Shown here piece by piece: positions 34,098-45,226 of a DNA stretch of 64,000 bases. The stretch comes from an uncultured Chloroflexia bacterium. Lineage in GTDB: Bacteria; Chloroflexota; Limnocylindria; Limnocylindrales; CSP1-4. The stretch's first letter is position 1. Every line of letters begins with the position of its first letter. The position numbers and the translations under genes were made by a program. The notes below the pieces were generated by a model. The model had not been told where the DNA came from and searched no databases. It saw only the letters and a program-made list of their open reading frames with translations. The stretch is from the NCBI GenBank assembly GCA_963748625.1, contig CAVVJT010000008.1:78792-142791 (forward strand), given 5' to 3'.

Positions 34098-34226
34098 CCG
34101 GAGACACTCCAGGGCACTGACCCGGTCGGGCACTCCACGTCCGGGTCTCGGGGACAGCGGACGCCGGCTCCATCCAGGGCCGGCGTTCGCGATTCCTGCC
34201 CGGCGCAGGGTGGCGGGCTCGGAAAC

Positions 34227-34570
34227 GCACGATCGGCTCGCGACCGCACGATCGGCTCGCGCTGGTGTCGCCCGCGGTCGGCACCGGCGAGTGTGCTTGG
34301 CCCGGCGGTTCGGCAGGCCGGCGGTTCCGTCCGGTGTGCCGAGCGTGACCTCCGAGGCGGTCGTGACCTCCGAGGCGGTCGCGACCCCCACCGTGGGGGC
34401 GTTTCGCCCGGCCCCGTGCAGAGCTCGCTGCCGGATTCAGCAATCTGGGGGTCAAGCTCAGAGGGCAAGGCGGGGAAGCGCCCCATATCTGGGGCCCCGC
34501 GACGGGGTCGCGCGATCGGAACAGGCGAGCGGACCCCGCGATGGGGCCGCGCGATGGGGCCGCGCGAGGT
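34227..34570. repeat. Cluster of short tandem duplications in a convergent intergenic gap
   Basis: GCACGATCGGCTCGCG x2, CGTGACCTCCGAGGCGGT x2 and GCGATGGGGCCGC x2. Confidence 0.8.
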
Positions 34571-34623
34571 GGTCGCGCGATCGGCACGAGCGAGGGTGGC
34601 TCGGCAGATGGGATCTCGCGGCC

Positions 34624-36298
34624 TCAGGGCTCGGCGATCGCCGGCACCTCGTTCTCGTAGATCGAGATCCAGCGGCGCGGGCCAGCCTGGAACCGGTCGA
34701 CCGGCCGCAGCGACGTGATCCCCTGGGCCGCCTGCCATGCCCGTTCCGCATCGCCGCCGCAGGCCGCGCCGACCACCAGGTCGAACAGCGGATCGCACTC
34801 GATGACGACAACCAGCGCCTCAGCCGGGTCGGGAGCGACGGTGATGCCGCGCCGGACCAGCGGAAACTCGATGCCTTCGGCGGTCTTGAACGGCGGGATC
34901 TCCACCAGGGCGGGCGAGCGTCCCGCCAGCGATGCCTCGATGCGGGCCGCCGCCGCGTCTGCCACGGGGAAGCCACCGTCGTAGGCGGGCGAGGGGGGCC
35001 AGCCGGCAACCGATGCAGCCATCAGCAGCCCGAGCACCAGCCCCGCGGCAACGCGGCGTACGACTGCGGGCGACCGCGGCCCGGTGATGCCGTCCGCCTG
35101 CACGGCCGGTGCGCGCGCGGCTCCCCACAGGCGGGCCACCCCCGCCGCGGCCACGGCGAGCACCAGCGGATCGAGGAAGGCGTGATAGTGATCGTTGGGG
35201 AGCTGCGGGGTCACCGTGGCCATAGCCGGCACGGCCAGTGCGAGCGCCACGACCGACCACGCAAACGTCGCGACCTGCCAGCGGGCCGCCCAGGCACGCG
35301 GAGCACGCATCGCGAGGACGGCGAGCGCCACCACGAGCGCCGCCACCGCGACTGAGACCAGTGGCGTGTCGGTGAACAGTCCGTTCAGCGGCCACGTCAG
35401 GCTGCGCAGGCCCACCACGAGCACGCGTGCCGGGAAGGCGATCCTGTCGCCGGCCCCTGGTTCGCCGGCTCCGCTCAGTCCGCCGGCAACATAGTCGAGC
35501 AGGGCCCGGGTTTCGACGAAGTCCGCACCGATGTCGTGGACCAGCAGTGGCAGGAACCCCGCCGCCACGATCAGCGCTCCGCCCAGGCCGCCGAGCAGGT
35601 ATGGCCGCAGGGTCTGGCCGTGACGCCTGGCCAGCACGGTGTCCACCAGCCAGGCACCCGCAACCGGGACGATGAGCACCGCCGCCAGTGTGTGGAGCTG
35701 CATGACGGCTGCGGACCCTGTGGCGGCCAGCAGCCACCACCGGGCACGGCCGGACCGGTGGGCCTTGATGATGCCGACGGCGGCGAGTGCGGAAAACAGG
35801 GGGATCGGGTTCGGGTTCCAGATGAACGTGGAACTCTCGATCCCCGACGAGGAGACGGCGGCGAGAAGCCCCGCCGCCACGGCTGCCACCGGGCCACCTG
35901 TGAGCCGGCCGAGCCACCATGTGGCGGCCACGGTCCCGAGGCCGAGTGCGGTGAGCCAGAGCGCCACCACGAGCGGGTCCGAGCCGGATACCAGGGCGGC
36001 GGGCGCCATCAGCCAGTAGAAGAGGGGGCCGTGGTGGAAGGTCCCGGTGGAGGCCATCGGGCCCAAGGAGCGGGACAACGCCCTGGGCCACGAAGTCATG
36101 GATGGCCAGCATCTGGTCGCCCTGGTCCGCGTTCCAGCGACCGCGGTCGGCGATCCCCGCAAGGCGCGTGACCGCGGCCAGGACCAGCATCGCCACGAGG
36201 GCGAGCCACTCACGGGCGCTCGGCCGATCTGGGGTGGCGTTGTCGGTCATGTCTCGTCCGCGACCGGCGTCATCGTCGCGGGAGCTGCCGCCGTTCAT
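34624..36298 (-). CDS. GT-C (PMT_2/ArnT-like) membrane glycosyltransferase; frameshift near 36058
   Basis: RGRWNADQGDQM...PLLGP continues as STGTFHHGPLFYWL, SSTFIWNPN and MQLH, with multiple TMs. Confidence 0.8.
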
Positions 36299-37366
36299 GC
36301 GCGCTCCGCGATCGGCACGGGCGCGTGGGCCCCGGCCTCGGCGCGCGTGGGCCCCGGCCCGCGCGTGGGCCCCGGCGCGTGGGCCTCGGCCTCGGCGCGT
36401 GGGCCTCGGCGCCGCCTCCTCCGCCGGCGCGCTCCGTCCTTTTGCGCTGCGCGTCGCGAAGGCGGCAGCCGGCAGCGCGTCGAGCGAACGTCCCTCAACA
36501 AGGGACGCCACCCGCGCCATGTTGACCGCGTCCCAGCCCTCCTCCATCCCCGGTGTCTCGAGGTAGTAGGCGACATGCCCGAGCCTTGGGTGGGTGACCA
36601 TCCTGGCCAGCCCCGCCCCGCCGATCCGGCCGGCCCCGATGTGCTCGTGGCGGTCCGTGCGCGACCCGAGCGCAGAGCGCGAGTCATTGAGGTGGACCAT
36701 CCGGAGGCGCTCAAGACCCAGCTCGCCGTCGATGCGGGCGACCACGTCGTCCACGCCCGCGAGCGTGTCGATCGCGTAGCCGGCGCCCCACGCGTGTGCC
36801 GTGTCGAGGCAGAAGGCGAACCGGTTCCGAGGCACGCCCGCGGCTACGGCCGCGGCGTCGATCGCGGCGAGCTCCTCCACCGTCGAGCCCATGCCGAAAC
36901 CACCGCCTGGTCCGTTCTCGAGTACCAGGACCACGTCGGGGGCGTCATCTGCAGCCGTGCCCAGCACCGCTGCCATGGCTGCTGCCAGACGTTCGACTCC
37001 GGCGTCGACCCCGGCGCCACGGTGCGAGCCGATGTGGACGTTGACGAATGCCGCCCCGTACGCCTGCGCGACGCGGAGCTCGTTGGCCAGCACCTCCACC
37101 GAGCGCTCGACGAGCTCGTCGCTCGAGCCGGCCAGGTTGACAAGGTACGGCGCGTGGACCGCGAGGGGGACGATGTCGTGCGTGTCGAGGCGGTCCCGGA
37201 ATGCCGGCAGCTCCCGCGGAAGTGTGGGCCTGCGACGCCACGACGTGGGATTGTCGGAGAACACCTGCAACGCGGACGCGCCGATCTCGACGGCACGGTC
37301 GGCTGCCCTGACCATGCCGCCACCCAGCGGGAGGTGGGCGCCGAGGCGCCGTCCGTTCGGGAGCAT
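36295..37366 (-). CDS. nfo: Endonuclease IV (deoxyribonuclease IV); C-terminal repeat tail frameshifted
   Basis: LGAH, VHAPYLVNLA, VHIGSH, LEN, CLDTAHAWGAGY, HLNDS, DRHEHIGAG and LETP. The ATGA overlap at 36295-36298 marks the likely true stop. Confidence 0.92.
36318..36412. repeat. Degenerate GCGCGTGGGCC(C/T)CGGC repeats in the nfo tail
   Basis: About five imperfect copies. Confidence 0.8.
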
Positions 37367-37400
37367 CGGCGCAAGCGTAGCCCAGCACGGGGCCTGCACG

Positions 37401-37458
37401 GGCCGACCACGGGCCGCGTCTCGGGTCGACCACGGGCCGACCACGGGCCGACCACGGG
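37401..37458. repeat. 11-bp repeat GGGCCGACCAC in the divergent nfo/DUF2087 promoter gap
   Basis: About four copies seen directly. Confidence 0.85.
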
Positions 37459-37488
37459 GGTCGGTCTCCCGGCCTAGACTCACGGGCG

Positions 37489-38136
37489 ATGGACGCCGAC
37501 CTGCTGTTCGCCCTGCGCGCGCTCGTGGACCAGCACCGATTGCGGATCGTGGCCCGCGCCGCCGCCCGGCCCGTGGACGTCGAGACGCTGTCGGCAGAGC
37601 TGCGCCAGCCGGTGCCTTCGGTCCGCCGCCACATCCAGACGCTGGTCGCGGCAGGCCTCCTCGAGCGGCGCGGCGGGGCCGGCACGCCCGAGACGTACGC
37701 CGCGAGGCTGGACCGCGTTGGCGAGCTCGGGCGCACGCTTGCGGCCATCGAGCGCGATGCCGACCTGGCGTCGGCAGATCAGGCCGGCACCTGGCCGCAC
37801 GACGGCGAGCCCATCGAGGCCACCATCGCTCGACTTGGCGCGACACCCGAGGAGCGCAGGATCCTCCATGCGTTCCTCGTGGACGGGCGCCTGGTCTCGA
37901 TCCCCGCCCAGCACTCGCGTCGGGACGTGATCCTGCGGTTCCTCCTCGAGCGCGTGTTCACCGAGGATCGGCGATACCCGGAGAAGGAAGTCAACCAGCG
38001 ATTGGCCCACTTCCATCCCGACGTCGCGTCCCTGCGGCGCTACCTCGTGGACGAGCGCTACGTGGACCGCGAGGCGGGCGCGTACTGGCGCCGGTCGACC
38101 GAGCGGCCGGCACCGGATCCCGCACGTGAGGCCTAG
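37489..38136 (+). CDS. ArsR-like HTH plus DUF2087 protein
   Basis: RLRIV...HIQTLVAAGLL, then FLVDGRLVSIP, YPEKEVNQRL and DVASLRRYLVD. Confidence 0.88.
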   Translation: MDADLLFALRALVDQHRLRIVARAAARPVDVETLSAELRQPVPSVRRHIQTLVAAGLLERRGGAGTPETYAARLDRVGELGRTLAAIERDADLASADQAGTWPHDGEPIEATIARLGATPEERRILHAFLVDGRLVSIPAQHSRRDVILRFLLERVFTEDRRYPEKEVNQRLAHFHPDVASLRRYLVDERYVDREAGAYWRRSTERPAPDPAREA

Positions 38137-38720
38137 TGGGCCTTGGTCCCCTTCTTCGTGGTGTAGTCGCCGCCGACGACCGGCTCGATCAACCCGAAGT
38201 TGCCATCCTTGCGCTTGTAGAGGACTGCGACCCGCTCGGTCTCCGCGTTCACGAACACGTAGAAGTCGTGCCCCAGCTCCTCCATGGCCTCGACCGCGTC
38301 CTCCTCGAACATCGGCTCGATGGCGAAGCGCTTTGTCTTGACGATCTGCCGCTCCGACGGCCCATCCGCCGTTCCGTCCGCGATGTCACGGAGGATCTTC
38401 TTCTCCTCCTCGGGGCGGGAACGGACGCGGGGCTTCTCCTTGAAGTCGATGGCCTGCCGCTCGACCTTGTCCACCACGACGTCGATGGCGGCCTGGTAGG
38501 ACGCGCCCGTGGCGTGGCTCTTGAGGGTCTTGCCGTCGATGACGAGCGTGACGTCCGCGATGTGGGCGTCGGCGGCACTCCGATGCGACTCGTTGGAGAG
38601 CTCGAGGATGGCGTCCGTACGGTCATCGAGGAGCCGCTCGAGGCGGGCGAACTTGCGCTCCGCGTACTGCCGGACCCGGTCCGGGACCTCGAGGTTCTTG
38701 CCCCTGACGATCGTCCTCAC
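38133..38720 (-). CDS. hpf: Ribosome hibernation promoting factor (long HPF)
   Basis: VRGKNLEV...YAERKFARL, AAIDVVVDKVERQ, PMFEEDAVEAMEELGHDFYVF and VLYKRKDGNFGLIEP. Confidence 0.95.
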   Translation of the reverse strand: MRTIVRGKNLEVPDRVRQYAERKFARLERLLDDRTDAILELSNESHRSAADAHIADVTLVIDGKTLKSHATGASYQAAIDVVVDKVERQAIDFKEKPRVRSRPEEEKKILRDIADGTADGPSERQIVKTKRFAIEPMFEEDAVEAMEELGHDFYVFVNAETERVAVLYKRKDGNFGLIEPVVGGDYTTKKGTKAH

Positions 38721-38860
38721 GGGTGACCTCCCGGCGCTGCGAGCGCCTGGCTTCTGGGGCGAGGGAGCCGCTTGGGACCGGGCTCCTCTCGGACTCCGAG
38801 TATAGCCATCGGGCGCCGGCGAACCGTAGGGCCGCTCGTCCCCGAGGAAGCGCCGTCCGG

Positions 38861-38957
38861 CTCACCGTTCGCGCGCCACGGTGACGGCGCTCGCGACCGT
38901 TCACGCGCCACGGTGACGGCGCTCACCGTTCACGCGCCACGGTGACGGCGCTCACCG
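38861..38957. repeat. Triplication of the last ~29 bp of comF
   Basis: CTCACCGTTCACGCGCCACGGTGACGGCG x3 with small variants. Confidence 0.9.
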
Positions 38958-39597
38958 CCCTGGCGCCCGCGCCCAGCAGTGCATGCGCTGCCTCGCACAG
39001 CGTCGCGCCGGTCGTGATGACATCGTCCACCAGCACCACCCAGCGACCCGCGACGGTGCCGGCGACCCGCGGGTCCACCGCGAACGCATCCGCCATGTTC
39101 GCTGCCCGATGGCGACGGTCGAGGCGGAACTGGGGCGCAGTCGCACGGGCGCGGATGATGGCCTCGATGCACGGCAGGTCGAGCGGTCCGGCGGCCGCCC
39201 GGGCGATCAGCACCGCCTGGTCGTACCCGCGCTCCCGCCGCCGCGCAGCGTGCACCGGCACCGGGACGAGGAGATCGCCGCCCGCGCCCGCCTGCCGCCA
39301 CCGGTCTGCGACCGCCTCCCCGAGCGGAACGGCCAGCCGGCGCTCGCCCGCGTACTTGAGCGCGTGGAGCGCGTGACGCGTGGTCCCGGCGAACGGCGAG
39401 CACCACTCCAGTTGGAGCAGGGGGTGGGGAGGTCCGTCACCCAGGCCGAGCGGGGTTCCAGGCGGCAACCCCATCCTGCCGCGGATCGCCGGACGACACG
39501 TGGCGCAGAGTGGCGCCCCCTCCACGCCGCAGCCGGCACACACGGCCGGCAGCGCCAGGTCAAGGAGACGGCTTACCGGCCGGAGGAGGGTCGTCAT
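38923..39597 (-). CDS. comF: ComF family protein (zinc ribbon plus PRTase-like)
   Basis: CAGCG...LCATC, ALKY, VPVPVH...RERGYDQA and LVDDVITTGAT. Confidence 0.92.
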   Translation of the reverse strand: MTTLLRPVSRLLDLALPAVCAGCGVEGAPLCATCRPAIRGRMGLPPGTPLGLGDGPPHPLLQLEWCSPFAGTTRHALHALKYAGERRLAVPLGEAVADRWRQAGAGGDLLVPVPVHAARRRERGYDQAVLIARAAAGPLDLPCIEAIIRARATAPQFRLDRRHRAANMADAFAVDPRVAGTVAGRWVVLVDDVITTGATLCEAAHALLGAGARAVSAVTVARER

Positions 39598-39929
39598 GGG
39601 CCCAGCCTCGCAGGTGTCGCTTACGAGCGGCTCACGCGACTGTGCACAATCGGCCCGGACCGCCACTCCCGGTCCCTGCTGTTCCCGGCCCCGCCACTCC
39701 CGAGGGCCCCCACTCCCGAGGGCCCCGACGCGGACGCGGGTGGACCTCCCGGGGCCTGACCCTGACTCCGGTGGGGGTCAGGGACCGGCCGTCCGTGCAT
39801 GGGACGTGCAGCAAAGTCGACCTGGCTGCACGCCTGCCGCACGGCGCATCTCCCGGTGACCCCGAGCGGAGTCGGCGAGCGGGACGAGCGCGGCGATCGC
39901 CGCGCAGGGCTCGCCTGACCCGCCGGAGC

Positions 39930-40374
39930 CTACACGCGCTCCAGGACCTGGACCCGGTCCCCGACCGCCGTCATCGTGGCGTCGATTGTGCCCACCGGAA
40001 GCTCAAGCACCCCGTCTGCGCCGCGCACGAGCGGCACGATCCCCACCCAGGTTCGCAGGCCCCTGTGGACGGAGAGCACGCGCCGCACCCCAGGTCCGTC
40101 GGCCCACCCGCAGCCCCGGCCCCGGGCCCACCCGCGCCCCGGCTTCGCAGCGTGACACGAACACCGCGTCGATCGGGAAGCGCATGAACATCATGTGGAT
40201 CCCGTTGCTCGCCGGCAGCCAGAGGCCGTCCCCGGGCGGCAGCGAGCGACGGCCCATGAGGCCCATGAACTTGCCCCAGAGCGACGCCGCGGTCTCCAGC
40301 CGCTCGGCGAGGACCGTGTCGCGGTCGAGGTTGCGGGCGGTCCCCCGAGCGCCGCGCCCACCCGTGGAGGTCAC
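39930..40374 (-). CDS. DUF192 protein; frameshift near 40090-40130
   Basis: FMGLMGR, GDGLWL and IHMMFMRFPIDAVF, continuing in another frame as VLELPVGTI...VGDRV with stop at 39930. Confidence 0.8.
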
Positions 40375-40387
40375 CCGCGCCTACGGC

Positions 40388-41327
40388 TCAGACGCCGCCG
40401 AGGCCCTTCATGATCAGGATGATCGCCGGGCCGAGGATGATGATGAACAGCGACGGGAAGATGCACCCGACCAGCGGGAACAGCATCTTGATCGGCGCCT
40501 TGGCCGCCATCTCCTCTGCGCGCTGGCGGCGCTCGATGCGGAGCTGCTCGGACTGGACCTGCAGCACCTTCGAGATCGAGACGCCCAGCTGCTCGGCCTG
40601 GATGACCGCACCGATGAAGTTGGTCAGGGCCGGCACCTCGGTGCGCGGGACGATGTCCCGCAGCGCATCGCGGCGCGCCTTGCCCACGCGGATCTCGGCG
40701 AGGGCGCGGCGGAACTCCTCGGTCAGGGGTCCCTTGAGCTTCTCGACCACCTTGGCCAGCGCGCCGTCGAAGCCGAGGCCCGCCCGCACGGAGATCGTGA
40801 GCAGGTCGAGCGCGTCGGGGATGGACAGCAGGACGGCCTTCTGGCGCTTCTTGATCCGGCCGCCAAGCCAGAACTCCGGTGCCATGAAGCCGATGCCGGC
40901 GGCCGCGATGACCATCAGGAAGTTGACCCCGAGCGGCAGCTTGATCACGCCCGGGACACACGAACAGCAGGACGCCGATGGCTGCGCCGATGATGGTCCC
41001 GACCGCCTTGATGCCCAGCCAGTCGGCGGTGCGGAGGTCGCCGGGGTTGCCCGCGAGCGCGAGCCGCTTCTCGGTGGACTGGCTGAACGAGGTGCTCGTG
41101 ACCCGCGCCACCGATCCGGACAACCGCCCCACGAGCGGGCGGATCGTGCGCTCGAAGACCGGCTGCTGGAGCTCCAGCTCCTCGAGGTTCTTGGCCTGCA
41201 TCGTGCCCAGCTGGGTCAGGCGGGCCTGGACCGGGTCGGCTGACGGGTTGGACGCGAGTCCCACGAAGATCAGCAGGATCGCGCCCGCGGCGAGGGCCGC
41301 GATGAGGATGGGCATCATTCCGTCCAC
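40388..41327 (-). CDS. tadC: Tad pilus platform protein TadC (T2SSF); frameshift near 40960
   Basis: IPDALDLLTISVRAGLGFD, RRQRAEEMAAKAPIKMLFPL. N-terminal half is in the tail of ORF 40371..42347. Confidence 0.88.
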
Positions 41328-41329
41328 GG

Positions 41330-42347
41330 CTAGACCTCGATATCCACGATCTTGCGGATGAGCATGAAGCCGATGAACATCGAGATGCCGCCGAGGAACA
41401 GGATGAGCACGCCCAGCGGCAGGCCGAGGAAGCCCGGGCGGGTTCATGAACAGCGGCGCCATGAAGCTGGGCGCGAGGATGAACAGGAAGCCCGCCAGGC
41501 CGATCGGCAGGAACCCGACCACGTAGCCCGACATCCGCTGCTGGGCGGTGAGCGTGTTGATCTCGCCCTTGATCCGGACGCGCTCACGGATGGTGAACGC
41601 GATCGAATCGAGGATCTCGGCGAGGTTGCCACCCACCGTGTGCTGGATCGAGATGGCCGTTGCCATGAGCTCCAGGTCGTCCGAGCGCACACGGCGGACC
41701 ATGTTCTCGAGCGCCGTGTCGAACGAGAGGCCCAGGTTGACCTCACGGATGACGCGGTTGAACTCCGTGGAGACCGGCGGCCGGCCCTCGCGGACCACCA
41801 GCTCGATCGCCTGGAGGAAGGACGAGCCGGCGCGCAGGGCGTTCGCGATGAGGGTGATCGTGTCGGGCAGCTGCTTGTTGAACGCCTTGATGCGGCCCGA
41901 CTTGCGACGGCCGAGCCAGAAGCGCGGCAGCATGAAGCCCACCAGGGTGCCCACCAGCAGGAACAGCGGGTTCCCGAGGGCCGGCATGACGACGGACAGC
42001 GCGAGCATCACGACCGGCACGCCGACGGTGACGCCTGCCCACAGCATCAGGTACTCGGAGACCTTCAGCTGCAGGTCCGCTCGCGCGAGCTCCCGGGCCA
42101 GGTTGGCCCCGAAGTCCCGCTGCTCCACGACCTTGTTGATCTGGGCCATCGCGGCGCTGGACTGGATGGCGGTGGCGAGGTTCTGGCTGTCGCCATCGCC
42201 CTTGGCGGCCTTGTCAGGGCGGCCGGAGGCGTACCGCTCCAGGCGGGCATTGATCCCGCTGCCACTGCTCGACATCGCGATGCCCACCGCGATCAGCAGG
42301 ATCGCGAGGGCCGCAACAGCGGCAATGACGAGGGTCATCGTGTCCAC
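41330..42347 (-). CDS. tadB: Tad pilus platform protein TadB (T2SSF); frameshift near 41435
   Basis: FNKQLPDTITLIANALRAGSS, VGGNLAEILD, TIRER and LTAQQRMSG. The corrected frame ends IRKIVDIEV*. Confidence 0.9.
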
Positions 42348-42368
42348 GGCTGCTGGCTTGCCTCCGTG

Positions 42369-43784
42369 CTAGTACTGGAAGCCGAAGAGGCCCGGCGGCA
42401 GGTGGATGCCCTGGACCTCGAACTTCTCGACGAACTTGGGCCGGATGCCGGTCGGCTTGAGGCGGCCCTCGATCTTGCCCTCAGTCACGCCCGTCTGCTC
42501 GAAGACGAAGACGTCCTGCATCACGATCACATCACCTTCCATGCCCTGGACCTCGGTGATGTTGGTGATGCGCCGCGTGCCGTCCTTGAGGCGGGCCTGG
42601 TGGACGATGAGGTCCACCGCAGACGCGATCTGCTCGCGGATGGCGCGGACCGGGAGGTCCACGCCGGCCATGAGGACCATCGTCTCGAGGCGCGAGAGCA
42701 TGTCGCGCGGACTGTTGGCGTGGCCGGTGGACATCGAGCCGTCATGGCCCGTGTTCATGGCCTGGAGCATGTCGAGCGCCTCACCCGAGCGGCACTCCCC
42801 GACGATGATGCGGTCAGGGCGCATGCGCAGGGAGTTGCGGACGAGCTCGCGGATCGGGATGGCGCCCCGGCCCTCGATGTTGGGCGGGCGGGATTCGAGG
42901 GTGACCACGTGCTCCTGGCGGAGCTGCAGCTCAGCGGCGTCCTCGATGGTGACGATCCGCTCGTCGTTGGGGATGAACGACGAGAGCACGTTGAGGGTGG
43001 TGGTCTTGCCGGAGCCCGTGCCGCCGGAGACGAAGATGTTGAGCCGGGCCTCCACGGAGGCGCGCAGGAACTCGAACATGTCGGCCGTGGCGGATCCGAA
43101 GCGGACCAGGTCGTCCACGGTGAGCGGGCTGGCGGAGAACTTCCGGATGGTGATCACCGGGCCCACGAGCGACAGGGGCGGGATGATCGCGTTCACGCGG
43201 GAGCCGTCGGTCAGGCGGGCGTCGACCATCGGCGAGGACTCGTCCACGCGCCGGCCGATCGGGGAGATGATCCGATCGATGATGCGCATGACGTGGTCGT
43301 CGTTCTGGAAGACCACGTTGGTCAGCTCCAGGCGGCCACTGCGCTCGATGTAGACCTGGCGCGGGCCGTTGACCATCACCTCCGAGATCGACTCGTCGCG
43401 GAGCAGGGGCTCCAGCGGGCCGAGGCCGATGATCTCGTCGGTGATCTGCTCCAGCATGCGCACCCGCTCGGCGCGGGTGAGCGCGAGGCCCTCCTCGTCG
43501 ATGACGCGCCCGAAGATCTCCTCGATCTGGCGGCGCACCTCGACCTGGTTCGAGAGGTCCAGCTTGGGATCCAGGTCCTGGATCACGCGGCTCTGGATCC
43601 GGAACTTGACGTCCCGGAAGGACTCGCGGACCGGGGCCTGCGTCATCAGGCGCCCGGCAGGCGCCTGGGGCTGGGCCGGCTGGCCGCCCGTCCCGCCCGG
43701 CGTTGTCGCCGGCAGGTTCGACTGCCCCTCGGGTCCCGCCCCGGCGCCGGGACGGGCGCTCTCGATCCTCTTGAGGAGACTCAT
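42369..43784 (-). CDS. tadA: Tad pilus ATPase CpaF/TadA
   Basis: GLGPLEPLL, SGGTGSGKTT, IEDAAEL, LRMRPDRIIVGE and AMNTGHDGS. Confidence 0.96.
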   Translation of the reverse strand: MSLLKRIESARPGAGAGPEGQSNLPATTPGGTGGQPAQPQAPAGRLMTQAPVRESFRDVKFRIQSRVIQDLDPKLDLSNQVEVRRQIEEIFGRVIDEEGLALTRAERVRMLEQITDEIIGLGPLEPLLRDESISEVMVNGPRQVYIERSGRLELTNVVFQNDDHVMRIIDRIISPIGRRVDESSPMVDARLTDGSRVNAIIPPLSLVGPVITIRKFSASPLTVDDLVRFGSATADMFEFLRASVEARLNIFVSGGTGSGKTTTLNVLSSFIPNDERIVTIEDAAELQLRQEHVVTLESRPPNIEGRGAIPIRELVRNSLRMRPDRIIVGECRSGEALDMLQAMNTGHDGSMSTGHANSPRDMLSRLETMVLMAGVDLPVRAIREQIASAVDLIVHQARLKDGTRRITNITEVQGMEGDVIVMQDVFVFEQTGVTEGKIEGRLKPTGIRPKFVEKFEVQGIHLPPGLFGFQY

Positions 43785-43828
43785 CGGTTACACCCCTTCG
43801 ACCGCTGACGGTCGCATGCCCTGCCGCA

Positions 43829-45102
43829 TCATCGCCACGCGAACAGCGACTTCTTCTGTGCTGCCTTCTTGCCCTCTGCGGCGCTGACGGTCCGGGAACC
43901 GCCGGCCACCGCGGATGCCAGCCGCAGGACGTCCTGGGACACCTGCGCCTCCCTGTTGGACAGGAAGAACGGCACACCCCGATTGAGCGCGTACACGACG
44001 CTCCGGCCATCGGAGACGATCGTGTGGTCCACGCGCCGGCCGATCGAGTGCTCGACGTCGGCGACGCGGATGCCGAGCGATGAGTCGGCGCGGTTCAGGA
44101 CCAGCCTGACCTTGTCGGACTCGTAGCCCAGCTGCTCGGCCACCTCAAGGAAGAGGCGGATGTTCTTGATGGACGTGATCTCGAGCGACAGCATCGTGAG
44201 GACGACGTCGGCGAGATCCAGGATTGCGAGGGTCGTGTCGTTGAACGACGACATGCAGTCCACGACCACCAGGTCGTGCGTGGCGCGCAGCGCCTCGAGC
44301 ATGTGCTTGGTCCCGGCGGGCGTGATGAGCTCAGCCATCTCCGGGGAGGGAGGCGCGAGGAGCACCCGGATGCCCGCCGAGTGGTTGATCAGGAACGTGT
44401 CGAGTGAATTCGAGCTCCCCGGCTTCGAGCTCGGGGATCAGATCCGCGACGGACTTGTTCTTGGGGTTGAGGTTGAGCAGGACGCCAACGTCCCCGAACT
44501 GGAACGAGGCGTCCACGAGACAGGTCTTCTTGCCCAGCTCGGTGGCCGCGGCGACCGCGAGGTTGACCGCGAGGGTGGTCCGACCCGACGCCGCCCTTGG
44601 GGCCGAAGACGGCCACGATGCGGCCAGGCTCGCCATCCTCAGGGCCGCCCGTGACGGGCCTGGCAGGCATCCCGGCGGCCGTCGCGGCCGGGGCCGGCTG
44701 CACGGCGATCCGCGAGAGCTTGTCGCGCTCCCGGGTGTAGACCTGGCGGATCGACGCGGTGAGCTCGTCGGAGGAGAACGGCTTGACCAGGAACTCGCGC
44801 GCACCGGCCAGCATCGACCGGCGCAGGTAGTCCGCCTCGCCCTGCACGGACATCATCACGACGGCCGCGGAGGGGACCTCGGACGACATGCGTTCCGTCG
44901 CCGCGATCCCGTCCATGTCAGGCATGTTGATGTCCATCAGGACGACGTCCGGCTTGAGCCGGGCGGCCATCTCGAGTGCCTCGCGCCCGGACGCCGCCGC
45001 CCCGACGACCTCGATGTCCGTCTCGAAGCCGAGCAGCTTCGCGAGGTGATCGCGGGTCTCCGGGATGTCGTCGACGATCAGGACGCGGATCTGATCTGTC
45101 AT
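43829..45102 (-). CDS. cpaE: CpaE/TadZ: receiver domain plus MinD-like ATPase; frameshifts near 44585 and 44408
   Basis: IVDD, LMDINMP and FLVKPF receiver, then GPKGGVG(R)TTLAVNLA, QFGDV, LVLNRAD and ALNRGVPF, spread over three ORFs. Confidence 0.85.
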
Positions 45103-45226
45103 GGGTTGGTGCGCTGGCCTCGTCTGGTCGCAGGGGTGGCGGAACGAGCGTCCGGTGGCGCTGGAGCGGTGGCCGTGACCCCGATCGACCGGTTTCACCA
45201 CCGGCCGATCGGTCGCGGGTGGCCGC

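Noticed and set aside
34820-37846. 1008-aa ORF suggesting an endonuclease IV-glycosyltransferase fusion
   Set aside because: The read-through arises in a degenerate repeat tail. An ATGA stop/start overlap at 36295-36298 indicates two genes.
40371-42347. Apparent TadB-TadC fusion
   Set aside because: A 1-nt indel near 41435 bypasses the normal tadB end (IRKIVDIEV* at 41330).
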